Assembly (NCBI RefSeq): GCF_964204645.1
Contig: NC_134027.1
Span: 14,168,485 to 14,232,484 of the forward strand
From: Tubulanus polymorphus
Taxonomy: Eukaryota; Animalia; Nemertea
Length of the DNA stretch: 64,000 nt
Direction: 5' to 3'
Both the position numbers and the translations under genes were made by a program. Positions 11,334 to 23,981 of this stretch are shown here, piece after piece; within the stretch, counting starts at the first letter, position 1, and each line of letters begins with the position of its first letter. Under the pieces are notes generated by a model. That model ran no database searches and was not told the DNA's origin. It saw only the letters and a list, made by a program, of their open reading frames with translations.

Positions 11334-14300
11334 CTGTATTCGGGAATAGATACTTGTTGGCAGCTTTGATGTCAGCTTTGATCCTGTTATTTGGGTCGGC
11401 TATAAACTCCAGAACCTTCTTACAGTCATTAGGAATTATGACAGGAACTGGTCTTGAACGCTGAAACAAAAGAAAGAAATCCAAACGATATTCTCTTATT
11501 AGCAGACAAAAATCACATTTTTTCATCAATGTCCATAGCATTAAGAAAAAATAATGAAATGAAATGAAAAAACTATATTATTGTAATTCATTGCTCATAT
11601 ATTATACTAGGTAATTAATGTACATGTGTTAGTTTAAAAAAATGTTTTGAGAACTTTGAGGATGCACAGCCCAAGAAGGATACCAGTAATAAGAGACATT
11701 TACCAATGCCTAAGAAAACCTAGGAAGCAAAACATTATTGTTTCACAGATTCAATAATCTGTGATCAAGGGTGAGAATTCACAAATCAGTCAAAAAATGA
11801 AATTTTTTCACCATACCTTTCCCCTGACGGTCATAACATCCTGTGTGTTTAACAAATGCCTCTCAAGTTTTGTCAGATGGCCGATTAATGACTCATCAAA
11901 ATCAGACAGTTTTCTACCCCGACTTGCATATGAATGGAGCCTTAAAAAGAGGTTTATAGTAAAATGGTATTAGAAACTAATCTGAAACTTATCTAATATA
12001 TAGCTCTGAATGAGGTGTAAGACGTTCATTAAAAAGAGCCTTCAGAAGATTTATAGTCTTGAATATACCCAACCCACCCAGCAGTGTTTAAAGAAGAATG
12101 ATTCTTTCTGGATAACTTCAAGTTCTCCACTTCTCCTTTTGTTATATAGTAAAAGTCTTGCCTGACAGAGACCCACTAATCTGATGAATGTCAGAGGATT
12201 TTGTTCCGTTTCATTAAGTTCCTTCACAAGGTATTCTGTCAACTTTGAGATGTCTGCTGGATTTGGTAATTCCTTTTTCCGGGCATATTTTCGGCGCACC
12301 AACACAGCTCTAGCCAAACAGTTTACTCTTTCATTCCATTCCACATCCATTAGTTTCAAAAATCGCTTACAAGATTTCACTTCCTCTGAATTACCATTAT
12401 CTTTCAATATCGAAGCCCATTTTGAATTAACCATTCGTTTTATATCATATTTTAACTTTATCGCATTACTCGGCGATTGCAGATCTTCATCATCATCTGA
12501 GAATGGTAGACAACATTTGATGCAAGATAGAGCAACAAGGTTGAAATATGATGGCTGTAGAAAAAACGACATGTCTTTTCTTTCACCTTCATCTTCATGA
12601 TCATTTGGGTGTTGATTCAAACCATCATTGAGGTGTGTTAAAAGTTTTGCACAAAGACGCATCCTTTGACTGGCATAGTGTCTTCTTTTTTCAATATTAT
12701 CAATGTTTCTTCTTAGCCAGCTTTCACCTAAGGATTATATTAACTTGTCATTTCTTGCAACATTAGACACATTATCCGACAACATGGATGGAAAAACTTC
12801 TGTAGCCATTAAGTTTGATATTTCTGCATTCAAATGACCAGCTAGCTGCTGAGATGTAACAATTAAGTCTCTCTTCTTCTGAGGTTGCATTCCGTTTTTG
12901 TTAATCTTAATACATTTACGGTAATGTGTTTTAATTGAGTCAAGAAGTACCCATTCTCTGCAACAGACACATGGCCCATACGCACTTACATCAAAGATTT
13001 TACTTTTTGATCGACGTGCAAGAACTATTTGCCCTTTGCCTTTCTTCATTACATCCCTATTATGTTTATCATCGCCAATTTTTCTTAGAGCTGCTATTCT
13101 CTTTCTTTTCTCTTCTGGGTCTTTAATTTGTAAAGTTTTGTGTATATCAGGATGAGTCTTGGCATGCTTTTGTAAATGAACATTAAAATGCAATACTGAC
13201 TTTTCACAAATGTAACAATAATGTTAGTTGTCATAGACTCGACCAGTCTTCTTTTTTGTTGACTTTCTATACATCAAAATATATATCTTAGGATTTTTCA
13301 CATCTCTCAAAATAAGGTGTTCTGGGGGTTCTTCATCCTCTTCATTATATCTGAACTATTACTTTCAACAACATTCTTTTTCAAAGTGTTTGTTTTGCGG
13401 GTATCAAATTGGAGTGTACAATTGTTTTCTTGACCTTCTGATTCTGTATTGGAAATGGTAGTAATTTCATCAAGTGAACTTATGACAACTTTTTCAGGTG
13501 ATCCTTTAAAGACATGAAGAAAGTTCTTTAGATTAGGAAAACGTTGATCTATATCAAAATCACTAGTACTATCTTCAGAGTCACTTACATGCCAGTATTC
13601 TGGTTCAACAGAGTCACTGTTTTTTCCAGCACTCTTTTTGAATAAATGTTTCTTCCACAGTGCTGCCAACTATGGATTGGCTTTTGACGACATTATTAAT
13701 AGCTAATTCTGGTTCCATCGAGCAAATTTCGACGACATTGTTAACAGCTAATTCTGGTTCAATCGAGCAACTTTCGACGACATTGTTAACAGCTAATTCT
13801 GGTTCCAGCGAGCAACTTTCAACGACATTGTTAACAGCTAATTCTGGTTCCAGCGAACAATTTTCGACGACATTGTAAACAGCTAATTCTGATTCCATCG
13901 AGCAACTTTCGACGACATTGTTAACAGCTTATTCTGGTTCCATCGAGCAACTTTCAACAACATTGTTAACAGCTAATTCTGGTTCCATCATGCAACTTTC
14001 GAGGACATTGTTAACAGCTAATTCTGGTTCCATCGAGCAACTTTCAACGACATTGTTAACAGCTAATTCTGGTTCCAGCAAACAATTTTCGACGGCATTG
14101 TTAACAGCTAATTCTGATTCCATCGAGCAACTTTCGACGACATTGTTAACAGCTAATTCTGGTTCCATCGAGCAACTTTCAACGACATTGTAAACAGCTA
14201 ATTCTGGTTCCAGCGAGCAATTTTTGACGACATTGTTAACAGCTAATTCTGGTTCCATCGAGCAACTTTCAACGACATTGTTAACAGCTAATTCTGGTTC

Positions 14301-14436
14301 CAGCTAACAATTTTCGACGACATTGTTAACAGCTAATTCTGATTCCATCGAGCAACTTTCGACGACATTGTTAACAGCTAATTCTGGTTCCATCGAGCAA
14401 CTTTCAACGACATTCTTAACAGCTAATTCTGGTTCA
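11334..14436 (-). pseudogene. Multi-exon tyrosine-recombinase-like gene 'YR2' (NxRRxGE type), C-terminal catalytic part missing
   Basis: HYCYIC...HLQKH...GDDKHN...PCVCC...HYRKC Zn-binding N-terminus; SPSNAIKL; FLKLMDVEW; RLLLYNKRRSGE (box-I Arg). Exons 11940-11817 (..MTVRGK) and 11460-11334 (RSRPVPVII..NKYLFP) have canonical splice sites. In-frame stop at ~12735. Confidence 0.75.
13684..14436. repeat. 45-bp minisatellite, ~17 copies (encodes MEPELAVNNVVESCS on -)
   Basis: Unit cattgttaacagctaattctggttccatcgagcaactttcgacga repeated head to tail. Confidence 0.95.
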
Positions 14437-14471
14437 TGAAGATTAACTATTAGGTGGTAAAAAGTTAAAAG

Positions 14472-14953
14472 TGGATATTTTGCCAATGCGGCATTATTCG
14501 TGTAAAGGCTATTTTGCCAATGGCTATATATAATAGGATATACTTATAAAAATAACAACAAAATCATTTTATTGGGTTTAAGGTTAGGGTTTCGATGGGG
14601 TTAGGGTCTTAATGGTCCAGAGGGTTAGGGTTAGGGTGGGGTTTAGGGTCCGTTTTACAGCTAGGGTTAGGGTTAGGGTAAGGTAGAGTGCCATATGTAG
14701 TTAAAACAATTGGTGGTATTTCAACGAGCTCCGTGGTCTATTGGGGACATTCTGCGCTAGTAACTTACTGGACCGGGTTCGAGTCTCGCTATATCCGCTC
14801 TATTTTCTCTAACTCTATTCTCCACACTTTCCTTGAATTTTCTAAGTCGCGCACCTTAGTACGCATGCGCGGCGAAAATTAGCCAATCAGAACGAGTCAT
14901 TGGCAAAATAGCGTTAACAGGAATAATGCCGCATTGGCAAAATATCACCTGCC
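14472..14953. mobile_element. MITE with internal (TTAGGG)-like tract and tRNA-like segment
   Basis: 26-bp perfect TIR gatattttgccaatgcggcattattc (14474) / gaataatgccgcattggcaaaatatc (ends 14946); taaaagt on both flanks; gggtta repeats at 14575-14680. Confidence 0.75.
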
Positions 14954-15838
14954 TAAAAGTTACTCATACGAATGTTGAATTATCACTATATGCAGCAATC
15001 CTACCGAGACACCCAGGAAGAAAGACACTCTAAATATTTGGATGGATATATGAAAGCTGTGGGTACTGGAGTGTGTAATGGGTAGTGTAGTGTGATCTGT
15101 GCATCTGTGGCAAGCACACAGATCACATTGTTCAATGGGGTTTGGTCCAGGACTCGCGAGATTTTCAACAACACGGAAGTAACGTGTAATAAATGATGAC
15201 TTGAATTGCATGACTACCTACCACCCCTCATTATTGTTGGAAAACTAAACGTTCCGCACTGACTAAAAATTAGTAATAACATTTTAGAAATGGCCAGAAT
15301 TTTAACTTAGGTTCTATCTCATTTTTATTTTACAATTGCGATTGGTATAATTTTTTTTTAAACGGCCGTTAAGGCTTCATGTTTCGTCTGCAATTCACTG
15401 CAAATAGTTACGCAACTACGCACATTTCAGAGTTTTTGGCAGCTCTACACTCAATCGGCACCGTTCGTGACTAGCTTCACTCGGGATTAACATTAATAAA
15501 CATTGCCATTACACATCATCAACTTATATTGTGCCTTAAAACCCTAACAGCCGAAATAATTGAAATGCACACACGATTTCTATCATTGAAAATTGGGAGA
15601 GTGGCCATGTGTGTGTTTGCTGCTTCGCGTAAACCCCGCACGGTGGCGCAACCGTCCAGGACAAAAATTGCCTATATTGTAAACAATGATATTTAATTTG
15701 AAATCTACCAGGCCTTCAATTTCATTTCATATATCCATTCATATGATATACATCCTCCCTAAAAGACTTCAGAGTTTCATACATCTTCCTTTTCTGAAGT
15801 ATTTCTAGAAAAGCAAATCATCCTGTATTGTTACTTAA

Positions 15839-16317
15839 CCCATTAGCCCTCAAGCCGCCCGTATCTGCTCTGCCTACTACTCCTCAAGCCGCCCGAATCC
15901 GCCCTGACAACTTTTTCGCATGCTGCACAAAAACGGTTATAGTGGGATTTGAACCGAATAGCTTATGATAAACTAGACACCCAAGTCCTCGGAATTCCGT
16001 ATAGAAATCAACATCTTCCTGTTTGAACTATTCGAGTATTTGGAGTATGAACATGACACATCTGAGCACTCACTTCAAATCCAAGTAAGTCTAGATGAAT
16101 TTCGGGGGGGCCAAAAGGACCCGATTTTGGTGTCCCACCTCATCAAATCTTATATCATATGAAAGCCTTGACTATTTACTACGAAATAACACAAATTTGT
16201 AATACATGAAAATAATCGGCGAATGAGCTATTCTGTATCGTAATAAATTTGGATTTTCCCTTGAATTTTCTGAGGAGTAATAGACACTACATAGTGAAAT
16301 TCCTGAGTGCTAATGGG
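15839..16317. mobile_element. Non-autonomous piggyBac MITE
   Basis: TTAA|cccattagccctca ... tgagtgctaatggg|TTAA. Confidence 0.85.
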
Positions 16318-16629
16318 TTAATCAGAATATATGATGAACATATTACAATATCAGAGTGTCAAAAATCTAAGGGAATAATTACTTTCTGCTGATTCTTTAT
16401 CATAATCAACCCTGTTCTGGACACTGCTAACTGTGAACCTAAAAATAATTTATCATCATAAGACATAACATCAAAATTGAAAAATAGATGGGCACTTGAG
16501 CTCTACAAATCTGAGTACCGCTCATGTGAGCTGTTGGGAGTTCTATTATCAAAAAAATAAAAACTCCTCTTTCCCACTTCAAGTAATACCTACTGACTAT
16601 TATCAGCTATACAGAAAACTGTGTATGCA

Positions 16630-16890
16630 TTTTTAGTATAAGAATTGTCCATGATTTATGTTACAAGTTTGTCCAAATTAAAGTGACTTCTTCCAGAAAG
16701 TTTATGTGACTGCTCCAAAGGCCTTTACACTTTTAGTATAAGAATTGTCCATGATTTATGTTGAAAATTTATGTGACTGCTCCAAGTCTTTGGCGTTAAG
16801 AATTGTCCATAATTCATGTTACAAGTCTGTCCAAATTAACGTGACTTTTTCCTGAAAATACATGTGACTGACCCAAAAGCCTTTACAACA
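16630..16890. repeat. Degenerate tandem repeat, ~3 copies of ~70-100 bp
   Basis: aagaattgtccat(g/a)att(t/c)atgtt...atgtgactg repeated at ~16640, ~16740 and ~16798. Confidence 0.7.
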
Positions 16891-18379
16891 CAGCACATCT
16901 TAACAGATTTCTAGCTTAAAGATTGTCTGTAAATAATGTAACAGATTTTCAGATTAAGTCAAAACAAGTGTGTGTTGTCCAAAAGTAACATGACAATCTT
17001 CCTAAAACCTTTTCACAAGAATGACCATGTGTTCCAGATATTTCAGAACACAATCACCATGAGCAAAAAATAGTGGGAATACTATAATTTCTAAATCATG
17101 CTCCATAAATATATCAACTGCTTCTAGGTATTCATTAATGTAGAAAAAAAGCAAGGGGTCTATGGGAATAATGTAAATAAGTTAATAAAAGTTAATTTTT
17201 TTATGCTGCATCAAATCTTTATCAAGTGTGAAACTTAAGGTCCACTGTCCGTCGGACAAGGGGGTAGAGGCGGTCAAGGCGATATGGATTTTATGTGGAC
17301 ATAGGGGGAGGGGTGGGGGGTCAGATTTTCCATATTTTGTATGGACGTCTTTTATGGACAGCCCCTTATCACTCTTCCTTCAGTCACTCCAATAGGCCTT
17401 AAGTTTTTTGTATGTCGCAACTTGGCAAAGTGAATGATATGAGTCGCATAGTTCAGAACTAGTTGATGAATTTGAATGTATTATTTGAAATTAATACTTT
17501 TGAATATATATAGTGCAGAAGGTACAGAAGGCCTATAAATTTCATGGACGATCTTTAATCAGTCTGATTTTTAGACCTTTATTAATCATAGGCCAAGTTA
17601 ATTGTCACCGTGCTGAACTGAATTTTTGAGTTCTAATATGACAGCTACATATGTTTGCTACGTGGTTGGATTTCCCAGCCCTCTCATTGATTTCACCACT
17701 GCTCTTGAAATCTGCAGCACAAACAGTTTTGACGTTCAAGACATAAGCATAGAAGGACTTAACCTAAGTCAGTTTTATTTTACAATGTTGAGTGATTTTA
17801 CTCTAACTTTTATCCACAAAAGATGGCTAATAGCTAGTGACCCCCTCTTTCAAGATGGACGTCTATGTCAGAGGACCCCCCTTACCCACAAAAGTCCAAA
17901 AAATAAAAAATAAACCTCCCCCTATGGGGTGGATGTCTTTTAAGGATGGCCCCTTACTAATATCTTGTATACAAGCAGTCAAAACCATATGATTTAGATG
18001 GCACCAACTTACCTCAATCACCATGCTTTCCAATCATTTTACACTGAGCATGTGCAGTTTCACAGAGTCAACTGAGCATGTGAAGAAAATTTGCATATGC
18101 ATGAATCATATCAGCCAATCAGCCAACAGGAATGATGTAATCACAGATGGCAGCACCGCTTAGCATTCTTTCTATGGACTTCCATATATGCTATGGATGG
18201 GAAGAAATCAGTGTCCAAAGATTTAAGTGGCCACATGTCCAAAACATGTTTTGAGTAACATAGAACCCATTTCTACTCATCAGAAATTTGGATTATGTGA
18301 CTAATCACCTAATTCGAAAAAAGACACATAAGTATCAAATGGACTAACAGTGGGTAACATAAGCAATATTTTGTGAGAA

Positions 18380-18447
18380 CGGACGGACGACGGACGAAAA
18401 GTGAACGCAATAGCCCGCTTGGACTTAAGTCCCAAGTGGGCTAAAAA
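18380..18447 (-). mobile_element. HINE 5' head (same family as 3294)
   Basis: Near-exact reverse complement of ~3294-3355 (ggacgaaaagtgaacgcaatagcccg...gtcccaagtgggctaaaaa). Confidence 0.75.
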
Positions 18448-19078
18448 TATACATATATTTGATAAATCTTTCATTTTGACTGTCCTACAAATATTTCAAT
18501 TAATTAGAAAGATTTGGATTGGTAAAAATTATGCGTAGGTCAGTATGCAAATACTGAATGATGTACCATGCAAATACCTGTACTGTGTTCATATAAAATT
18601 TGATGCCCACCATGAATTTATAAAGTAGACTTCAAGGAACATCACTGGCTGATAGAAACCCACCCTGAATCCAATTTGGCCAGTTTTAAGGCTTCAGATG
18701 TCTTCAGGATGGACGTATACAGTAAAACTGGAGTTAGTCGAACATGTTAGGACCACGCGAAAATTTCAAAATTCTGATTTAAGAGTAAGTCGGATTTTGA
18801 GAGTTTACTATGAAAATCCGGATCCAATACTCTATTCTTTAGGTGACTATTATAGTAAACATGTGTCTGTTGACAGAAAAATCGATCTAAAAGTACATTA
18901 ATAGACGTTGCACGCCAGTGACGATTTCCTAAATAAAGACTGAAATTAGCCAACCCACTTAGAGATTGAGAAATGCATTGCTTTGAAACATTCGGAACAT
19001 ATTATTTAACAGACTTCTAGAATCTGACTTTGAGACAAATTTTGATAGGAAAATGAACTGAGGACGCGTGGTACTGTA

Positions 19079-19324
19079 TCTATTAATAGAACTACGTCAC
19101 TAAAGTGACGGCCCGGTAATGATGTCTATAGAAATGAATAGGAAATAAGCTACAAGAGCAATTCAATTTAATTTTATACCTATTTGGCATTCGAATTGAG
19201 ACAAAACGCCTCATGATTTTGAAAGTCTACATATCAATGATTATAATTAGCTGTTGCACGGACCATATCCAATCAAACTAAGCGCAAAAATAGGATTTGA
19301 ATAGCAATACATGGCATTTTCTAG
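19079..19324 (+). mobile_element. Short non-autonomous Helitron
   Basis: A|TCTATTAATAG ... gcaatacatggcattttCTAG|T termini; the 3' hairpin is degraded. Confidence 0.5.
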
Positions 19325-20250
19325 TAGACAACAAGGAACACGGATGTTTAAATCATCGTTTTGTATTATCATTTAGTGATAGTAAATAAGATCATGGTTA
19401 GATCTAAGAATATTTTCAATTATGAACTGATGAAACTTAGACAGGATTAGCCGCAAGAACAATTTCAATTCTTTTCTTGAAATATACCTCGTATTGGTAG
19501 CGGCTGTGGTCACAAAATCAGAATATCTCCTCATCCATCCTATTTTAAAACATAGAAATAATGTTTGTGAAAGATTTGTGATGTAATCTATCAAAACTCT
19601 TCTGCAGTGCGAAACTTTAATCGAAAAACATTATTTCTTTGAATATTTGTTTTAAAGACTGTAGAAATTTATTGAAAGTTTTTGTAGAGTTTTGAAGTGT
19701 TAGTTTTCAAACTACTCAGTCTTAACCCTTTCGCTGCGTACACGCTTGCACCGCCCCGTACGTAAGGTATTTTCCGAAAAATTCGATTTTTTTCAAATTG
19801 TTTTTAACCCCGATTTTTCGCGTTTTTATCGAAGATTATGATGTTATTTAGTGAAAATCAGTAAAAAATCATACCAACAGCCTTTTCTGTAGGGGGGGCG
19901 TGTTGGGGGGGGTCAGGATGGGTTAGAAATTTTTTTTTTTCAGTTTTTCACCCAAGTGCCTATCTCAGTCTTTGGTGATTGATGCTACGGTGTGGATGAA
20001 AGAAATTCAATTGATATGGGATATCCTTTTCCGCTGGTAGAGGTACGTAAGTGGGGAGGCTAAAAATCAAATTGAGATTTTGCAAACTAATTATCTTTTA
20101 TTTTTCAGTAAAAGCAACGCAACAGTAATTACAATGACAAAAAAAACAAAACATCTTGCATGCAGTCCGCAAAACATAATGGTAAGTCAAACAAATATTG
20201 TGTTTTCTACATGCAAATCATTTCTAGCGAAGTCGACAGTTAGAAATTAT

Positions 20251-23011
20251 TCATTCAGCATCAAATGTTGAATAGTCCAATCTTGTGTGATACACTTCGA
20301 AGCAATCCTGATCGATGTGTAGACCCGGTCTAGAAGGGCAAGTCTTACAAACCCAGATAGTGTCCTTTGGCCGCCCAGTTCGCCCAAGATCATTTCGTGC
20401 ATAGCATACGCGGCATCGTTTTTGTTGGGTCTTCCTTCCAAGTGGTCGAAGCTTCATTGGAAAGTGACGGCCAGTGAGACGGGTCAGTGCTTCATCACGG
20501 GTAACATTACGAGCAATCATTGGTCTTGTGATAACCATCACATCGAGCACATCATGTATAAACCCAAGGAAATCCTTCTTGTTACCCTGTAGTTCGAACA
20601 TCCGATGGGAGTTTAGGAGGGCCTGCATCACCAGCCTGACTGCTACTTTTTTATACCATTTCATCGTTCGGCGGATGACTTGGTAGTAGTGAAGTTGCTG
20701 GTCCACCATATCGACTCCACCCATATGCTTGTTGTAGGCCAATACACAAGTGGGTTTGCAAATTGCAACATCGTTCGTCGTTTTCTTCCTTGTATCTTCC
20801 ACTCTCGCTGGAAACCTAGTTGTGAGGAGATGGACTACCTTTGGTTTCCCACTAGCTTTATCAACATGTGCCCGAAATTTTACGGCCAAAACGTTCTCAT
20901 CCGGAGCCTTGAAAAATACTGATGAATTTTTCTGAATTTGGAGGTCTGCCAATTCCTTTGGAAAGTTGCGACGATTCGCTCTAACCGTGCCATCAACGTA
21001 CGTTCCTTTCTTCAGCAGGAATGCCGCTAAAGATGGCGATGAGTAGTAATTATCAATGAACAGAGTGTAACCTTTTTGGAGGTAATTTCTCATCAGATGC
21101 ATGACTATTTGCTCGGAAACGTTCAGAGCCGCAATCTCTGGAGGCTGTACAGGGAGTGTGTTTGCCCCTACGTAAACTAGTAGGTCAAGGGTGACTCCCT
21201 TTGTTGTGCATAATTCAAAAAATTTTATGCCAAAACGTGTACGTTTTGTGGCAATGAACTGTTTGAAACTCAAGCGACCCTTCCACAGCAACAGCGACTC
21301 GTCGATACTAAGGTTTTCACCCGGGCTATATACCTCTCGGAATCGTGTTTGAAACATTTCAACCAATGGGCGAACCTTATAAAGTCGGTCTCTATCACGA
21401 TCTCTCGGGTCATAGCCGTCTGCTTCATTATCTGCGAAATGTAAGAATTTTAAAATGTTCAGAAACCGATCACGACTCATACATTCACCAAAAATTGGAG
21501 TAGCCACAAGCTTTTCTTGTGTCCAGTACATGTTGATTCTCGGTTTATATACAATTCCTTGTAATACGAGAAGAGCCAGGAATGTCTTCATCTCAGCCTG
21601 CTCGACTGGCTCCCATAACCTGGCTCTGGATCGCCGCTTCAGGGTGTCTTCGTTAGCTGTCAGGAATTGTTGGGCATATCTGTTTGTTTCGGTGACCACG
21701 TGTGCTATTATTTCTTCAGTAAGGTATAGGGAAAAATAATCAATCGGTTTAGCTCCCTGTGGCATATCAACGAGAAGTTTCTCTTCCCCAGTGAATGGGA
21801 TGGCTTTTGGACGAAAGTTTTCAGTTCGTTCCCAAAACCAGGGAGCATCATCAGCTCGCATCCGACAGCCGGCAGGAGCATGTTGTCTTGGAGCTGGCTG
21901 TTGGGCAACTGGTTGTACCACAGGGGGAGCTTGTTGTCTTGGCGCTCGCTGTTGGGCAACTGGTTGTACCACAGGGGGAGCTTGTTGTCTTGGCGCTCGC
22001 TGTTGGGCAACTGGTTGTACCACAGGGGGAGCTTGTTGTCTTGGCGCTGGCTGTTGGGCAACAGGTTGTACCAGAGGGGGAGCTTGTTTTCTTGGCGCTG
22101 GCTGTTGGGCAACTGGTTGTACCACACGTGGAGCATGTGTGGGCTGTCTTGGAACAGGTTGTGGTGCAACTGGTGGAGGATGTTGCCTCAGTGCTGAAAC
22201 GGTGGCCACAGGTGTTGTATCTGTGCAGCGTATCTTCACCAGAGGTTCTGGCCTTGGTGCTGGTGGTGTTGTGACTTTACGTTTTTCTGAAAAGAAAAAT
22301 AAACTGTTCAACACACAATATTTTTATTTGTTTTCAAAATGATTATTTTTTTGCAGAACAATTGCACCACATGGAGTAAGAAGAAAAGTACTTTTTTGAA
22401 CTGGACGTGGTGTTGGAGTTTCTGGAGAATCTGGCACAGCGGGAACTCTGCGTTGGTCGGGCGAAAAAAGATTGAAGACTGGAGGGGCCGATGTCGATTG
22501 TTGGGCATCGCCTGAAAGACAATAAAACTGTTATTCGTGTATTTATGTATTCATTTATATATCTATATATTCATTCATCTCTAAAGTTGCTGTACCACTT
22601 TTGAGCAATTATATGTATGACTCACCGAAAGTGCACTCTTGTCTTTGTATAATATCCTGGTCTCCTTCCTCTTCTAAATCCAATACGTTATCATCAGTGC
22701 TGCACACTTCTGAAATAAAAATAAATAGATAAAACAACCGGGTCATCTTATCATCGTCATTATAGCTTTATGTAATAGAGTTTTGTGATTGCCTAAAGGC
22801 ATATACCTGGTTGAGGCTGATCCAACTCCTTGAATTCATCAAAGTCGAAATCGGCATCGAGGTCAAGGGCATAGTCATCTTCGTCCCAAGAGTCGTCTCC
22901 GCCCAGTCCGAAATCATCCCCGTCATCTAAATCGTCATCTCCACTGTCGTCGTCGGCGTAAATCTTGCCTAAATTTTGATTAGCACTGAAAACTTTCTTT
23001 CGAGCAGCCAT
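20251..23011 (-). CDS. piggyBac transposase, predicted 4 exons join(23011-22807, 22709-22626, 22511-22392, 22286-20251), 814 aa
   Basis: DDD triad SIDES / IDNYY / GGVDMVDQ; C-terminal cysteine-rich domain CRVC..CKTC..H..CFEVYH. All three GT-AG introns are phase 1 and the joined frame is open. Confidence 0.85.
21880..22170 (-). repeat. 51-bp coding tandem repeat (PVAQQPAPRQQAPPVVQ, ~5 copies) in the transposase N-terminus
   Basis: Visible in both the DNA and the 687-aa ORF. Confidence 0.9.
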
Positions 23012-23981
23012 CTCAATCCCGCGCAAATTACCATGTGCTCAACAGGCTGACAGCACCAACTACTGACGCATTTTCGCCATCTGTTGTTTAGAAAGCTAAC
23101 TATCTTTGCTTACATGCGTTTCCATACTGTTTGCTGTGTACGCGTTCGAGTTATAAATCAATAGGTGCATGACGTTTCTACAACGTCATACGCACAGCAC
23201 GTGTCACTCATATGACGTTTCCAAAACGTCACACGTAGCGAAAGGGTTAAATGACTATGAAAAATTGTAAATAGTAAACGAATCTATTTATTCTTTAGCG
23301 AGATCGAAATCTGTGATCGCTTATAAGACACTGTATAGTATGCTTGTGGTGCTGACTTATAACTGAACTATGGAGCAGCAGTAACAGTGCTGAGAGCTTA
23401 GCATAGTGTACTTTAATAGTTTCATAGCTGCGGATTGAAATCTGCATCTTCAATTTGATCGATTTAGCCTATTCAAATTACTCATTGATTCTTTGAAATA
23501 GGTTTATGCAATAGACAATAGATCCTTTTACCTCCCTGGCCAGTTTCAAAGTTGTAAAACAATCTGGCATTGAGATATAACAGCAAATACACGCAGTTTC
23601 CTCAAAATTCAACGCATTTCTATAGACGCTTTTTCTCAGCTCTGCCTTTAATGACGTTGCAGCGCGCACCTGCTAATATAGCCGGCGCTGAACAGTAAGC
23701 GATGTTGAAAAAGAAATGAGGTCAAAAATCTTGTTACAAAATCACAAATTGCGCGTAAACTAAACATTTTGAAACAAAACGGTTGACGATGAGTGTAAAG
23801 ATCAATAGAATACATCATATTTTGAAATTTAAAAAAAGTGTCAGTTACCCTTTAAGTGTAGACGCTTATCACCGTGAACGTGGGTTTTCATTGAACCCGG
23901 GTACAACGCGCTAGTGTAGACGAGGTTAATGGCGCCAGAAAGAAATGTACATATTTTCATCACTTGACAAATGAAGACTTA

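Larger units (their letters stand above)
19726..23246 (-). mobile_element. Full-length piggyBac transposon (3521 bp)
   Basis: TTAA TSD at 19722-25 and 23247-50; 14-bp TIR ccctttcgctgcgt / acgtagcgaaaggg with 1 mismatch; subterminal palindromes atgacgtt...aacgtca at 23169-23231. Confidence 0.95.

Noticed and set aside
13684-14436. CRISPR-like array
   Set aside because: Units are head to tail with no unique spacers, there are no cas genes, and the context is eukaryotic; it is a minisatellite.
14575-14680. True telomere or chromosome-fusion scar
   Set aside because: Short, degenerate and enclosed by MITE TIRs.
17250-17956. Complete MITE from two ...ggac/tggcccctta termini
   Set aside because: Both ends face the same direction; they are fragments only.
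21708-22342. Cys/Gly-rich and other ORFs overlapping the piggyBac repeat
   Set aside because: Alternative-frame and antisense products of the 51-bp repeat.
19726-23246. Teratorn-like piggyBac-herpesvirus fusion or domesticated PGBD gene
   Set aside because: The element closes at 3.5 kb with TIRs and TTAA TSD; no viral genes are recognisable nearby.
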